64,000 nt of DNA from Camelus ferus. Its lineage: Eukaryota. A program made the position numbers and the translations under genes. Positions 60,151 to 64,000 of the stretch are shown here, in pieces. The notes beneath the pieces are model-generated. The model was not told where the DNA came from. It did no database searches and saw nothing but the letters and a program-made list of their open reading frames with translations. The stretch spans positions 19,036,001 to 19,100,000 of the forward strand of contig NC_045697.1 in NCBI RefSeq assembly GCF_009834535.1, given 5' to 3'. The first letter of the stretch is position 1, and every line of letters begins with the position of its first letter.

Positions 60151-61929
60151 ACTATCCGCTAGGCCTCTTTTGCATCTAGTTTCTCTGCCTACCGCAAAGC
60201 CCTTCCCTTCCCACACCCTCAGCGCCTCACACACCAGCTCCCCATACCGCCTTCATCCGAGTCTAGAACGGGCCAACTGCTGCGATTATGCTACAGAGCC
60301 AGCTCGCTGCCTTGCTTATTGTGGAGGACAAAGTTATTCATTAGCATCAAAGAACGGTGCTCAAAGCTGTAAATTAATGGCCCTTAAAGTTATGCTGAGG
60401 GGTTTTTCTTAAAGACTTCTAGCAATTTATTAAATAAAGGCTAGTTGCCTTCCATAACGTCATTAAAAACAAACGTATAAGAATTAGAGTTTTCCCCTCC
60501 CCCTAGACTTTTTTTAAAAAAATAAAGTGTAACTTGTCTCATGTACTTGACATCCGCTCAAAGTCACAAAATCTCACCGACTCACACCATTAAGTGTTGA
60601 AAGCTGCAGACCTCACTTTCCCTGGTGAACTCCACAGACCGCACTGAACAGCTGGTGAGAGGAGGCCACAGAGGGAGTGAGCTGGCTTCCTGTACTTAGA
60701 CAGGCGGAAGCCAAGGTTAAGATCTGATTACTTTGCAAGGATTCCAGGACTTGTCTTAAATCACCTTGCAGAAGTCTGTTAGCCAATCAGAGCACTTTCA
60801 GTAGCACCAAGCAAGAATCGGTCAGCCCTCACAACTCCGGGAAGTTCCACTTTGGGGGTAGGGTATATTAGCCCAAGAAAGACCTTTCATAAAATGCAGA
60901 ACCTACTAAATTCAAACCTACTGTGTTCATGATAAAATACTAGCCTCTAATTCACATTCTGTGTGGAAAAATAAGCCTGCAAAACATCCAAACAATGTTG
61001 CAGTAGGTGGAAACAGATGCCGTTTGTTTTAAAATAAATAAAATCATTTATTTTAAGACTAGTTTATTCAACACTTGAAACGGAGAAGATTGCTTATTCC
61101 ACACAACAGCTTAGGTTTTGAGTAGTTTACCTGTTATTTAAAAAAAAAATACAGGGCTATCAAATAGTTTTCTAGGCTTTTTAAAGCAGCACCTAAATGT
61201 TTAACTCTATGTGGTTCTGAAATATTAAAAAAAATAAAAGATTTTCCCTGAAGTTTCCCATAAAACACTATGGTGTTATAGGATAAAATGTTTTAAAATG
61301 GCCTTTTAAAAAACCTCTGAATTAGTCTCAAACAGCCTAATTTTATTTTTTTAAATGCCAATTCGAAGCCATAAACACTCACGATTGGTATCTTTGAATA
61401 TGACATGAGCAAGGAGAAGTAAATCTCGGTTAATTTCCACTGCTGGTCTTGAACTGATTTTTTTTCCTAAAGCGTGAAATTTCAAACGGAGATCTTGCTT
61501 TATGTCATGTTGCTTTCCTTCTTGATTTAGTTATAGTGAGCGTGTGGGAAGGAGGATGAGGGAGGAATAGGGATAGCTGGGTGGGTTCAAACTACTTTTC
61601 CATCACCCTCCTTTATGATTTAAAAAAAAAAAATGCTTGAAAACTTAGTCTCTCCCCTTGCTGCTTCAACTTCATCACCTCCCATTCACTTCACAACCCA
61701 CTGCCATCTGGATCCCATCCCATCCCTCCATTCAGACTGTTCTGATGAAGATGTTACTTGCGAATCCAATGACCTATTTTTAGGCCCCCTCCTACCTGAC
61801 CTTTCTGCAGCATCGCACAGCCTGTGCAGACCCGACTTAGTGATCCGGGCGCCCACGGTAAGCAGCAGCTTGGGCGAAGCCGGGCCCCGCAGGGCTGCAC
61901 ATGCAGAAGCCGAGTGAGTCATGGGAAGC

Positions 61930-62140
61930 CGGTTGTGCAGCAGGAATGGCCCCCTTCAAGGGAGAAGCTGCTGCTCATCTCTGGTTGATTTTGGCCAAGG
62001 CAGAGAGTAGACATGGTGTCGTTAACTCTCTCTCTCTCTCTTTTTTTTCTGGAAGAAAAGCTTGTTTTGTTATGAGAATGTTTCCCATTTTCAAATGCTT
62101 GTGGAACAAGTAAATTTATCTGTAGACCTCCCAGGAGAAA
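61930..62140. mobile_element. hAT-Charlie fragment (MER103-like)
   Basis: ttttctggaagaaaagc..tttgttatgagaatgtttcccattttcaaatgctt resembles the recalled MER103 consensus. Confidence 0.4.
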
Positions 62141-62321
62141 TCTCTGCTGGAGATGGTCCTTCCTTTCTCTTGGCTCCTGTGCTTAGCTCTCTCTCCCCGT
62201 TCATCTCTGCCTTGTTTTCCCTCTATTTTTTTTTTTTCCATCTACCTCTCTCATGTTGGGGATCCCCAGTCTTCCTTCTTGGTCTTCTATTTTCTTATCC
62301 TCTTGGGCAATGTCATAAGCC

Positions 62322-63409
62322 TATGGCTGATTCTGAGTGTTTTCAATTAGTATAATTGCAAAGGGTCCCCACACTTGGGGTTTCATGCCATGCAGCTGCT
62401 GTCTTTACATTCTTCTGATGTCTTTGAACTTGTGTTTTGCAAGTGAAGTCTGACAGGACAACAGGAGTATGTGCTGAGGGCTTGGCATCTCAGGTTAAGT
62501 TCAGTCTTTTCTCCTCTGCCTCCCTGGGAAGGGCTCTTGGCCACGCGGCTCTCTGACCCTTGCACCTTGGGTCCTGCTTGCTCTCCCCTTACTCCCCGCT
62601 CCCCACTGCTCCTGGTCTCCACACTGGCAGGGATCTGAGCACAGGAGCAAGGAGGGTGGAGATCACAACCAGTGGCGTCTCAGGTCAGGCAGTGGAGGCT
62701 GTTCCCACTGCAGGCTGGCAACACTGCAGCTCAAATTCAGTGGGTGATTGGCTGACCTCTCACCATCTTTGATCCAAATACCCAGCACATCCTTGAACAG
62801 AGGTTGAACTATCTGCTTAGGGTCACCTATCTGCTATGTGTTGGGACAGCTGGCCTGTGGAAACATGGCAGCCATCAGGTTCAAGTACATGCAGACCTTG
62901 CCAGTCCCAAGGAGGAATCCTGGGCACCTCCGAGGCTCTGAACTCACCCTGCAAGTATCCCCAGATCCTTTGGGCCCACACTGTGCCTGGGGGAACATTT
63001 TCTTCCTCCTCACTTCCCTGAACCTGGCTAGTGTTCATTTCTTTTGGTCAGCTTGGGGCACCCTCCAGGGTCCAGCCAGAAATAGGGATTGCATAATTTC
63101 AGTGACTCCACATACATAGAACAGTTAACCATTCTGATATCTACATTTAGAACCAGCGTTGCACAATATAAAAATGAATGGTAAAATTCATGCCAGTGAT
63201 TTACAATTTTTATTTATTTAGAAGAACATTAAATAGCAAATGAAAAACCACCATGACATGTTGAGAGACTGTGGAAGAAAGGAAAATGCTTTGTATTTTA
63301 ATACCTTAGTATATTTGATAACTTTGGTGCCATCTTTTTCCCGCTTTGTGAACAAGGGGGCCCACATTTTCATTTTCACCAGGCCCCCCAATTTGTGTCT
63401 CTGGTCATG
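62322..63409. mobile_element. MER45B-like hAT-Tip100 element (~1.09 kb)
   Basis: Left: aagggtccccacacttgg..tctttgaacttgtgttttgcaagtgaagtc. Right: tgaacaaggggcccacattttcattttcaccaggccc..ggtcatg. Confidence 0.8.
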
Positions 63410-64000
63410 TCCAGGCCTGCATTTGCTGACAGCTCCTACCATTCATCTTCAGCCTGGACCACGCTCTACCCCAATTGCAGACCCACATTTCTGATGGCAC
63501 ACTGGGCCTGTGCCCCTGGAGGTTTTGCAGGCAACTCAACTCAACATATTCTCATCTGATCTCATCCCCCTAAACGGCTTCTCCCCATATATTTCCTTTT
63601 TCTGTTAATGGAATATCATCTACTCACTCTCTTGTAACAGAGTGGGTAATAAAATTGTTAAATGATTGAATGAAATCTTAGAAATGTTTTCAATTCTTTC
63701 CTTTCTCTCAATATCCAATATCCAACTGGTCATCAAGTTCTATCTGTTCTACCAAACATCCCAGGCCCGCTCACGTCTCCACGTCCACACATGGTACATG
63801 GGCCTGGAGTCCCTCTTGAATGCCCCTTCAAACCCCAGGTCCCATATTACCTTCTCCAAGAAGCCTTTCTGTAATTGCCCAGGAATAATTAGTCATTCCT
63901 TTTCCTATGACCCTATAGCCTGCTTTTATATCTATTATGCTGTATTGTGATTATTCATTTATATGTCTGTCTCCCTAACTAGACTGTGAGCAAATCAAGA

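Larger units (their letters stand above)
61575..64000 (+). mobile_element. LINE-2 (RT region to near 3' end), interrupted by two DNA transposons
   Basis: ORF 61633.. contains LLPDLSAAS (L2 RT LLDLSAAF); cccactgccatctgga (PLQSGF-like); window ends in ctagactgtgagc. Confidence 0.78.

Overview
This is mammalian, repeat-rich, apparently non-coding DNA, not prokaryotic or viral. Six short tRNA-derived SINEs (head GGGGAGGGTATAGCTCAGTGGTAGAG...GGTTCAATCCCCAGTACC, several with tail AATAAACCTAATTACC) resemble the camelid vic-1 family, so the source is probably camel, alpaca or llama (inference from recalled consensus). Much of the window is fossil transposable elements: LINE-1 of several ages, LINE-2, MIR, MaLR/ERVL solo LTRs and hAT-type MER elements, often nested and several with readable target-site duplications (TSDs). 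Subfamily names are assigned by eye from memory and need RepeatMasker/Dfam confirmation. I recognise no host protein-coding gene; the only recognisable protein similarities are decayed L1 and L2 ORF2 pieces. Unique sequence includes a CpG-island-like block at about 18.6-19.45 kb with a minus-strand splice donor, a few candidate minus-strand exons, and several enhancer-like motif clusters. I found no evidence of a new multi-gene system. The best leads are atypical retrotransposition products (a ~640 bp unidentified insert inside a MER94, a tailless internal L1 fragment with a 14-bp duplication, a probable L1 3' transduction) and a possible unannotated minus-strand transcript with a small ORF.
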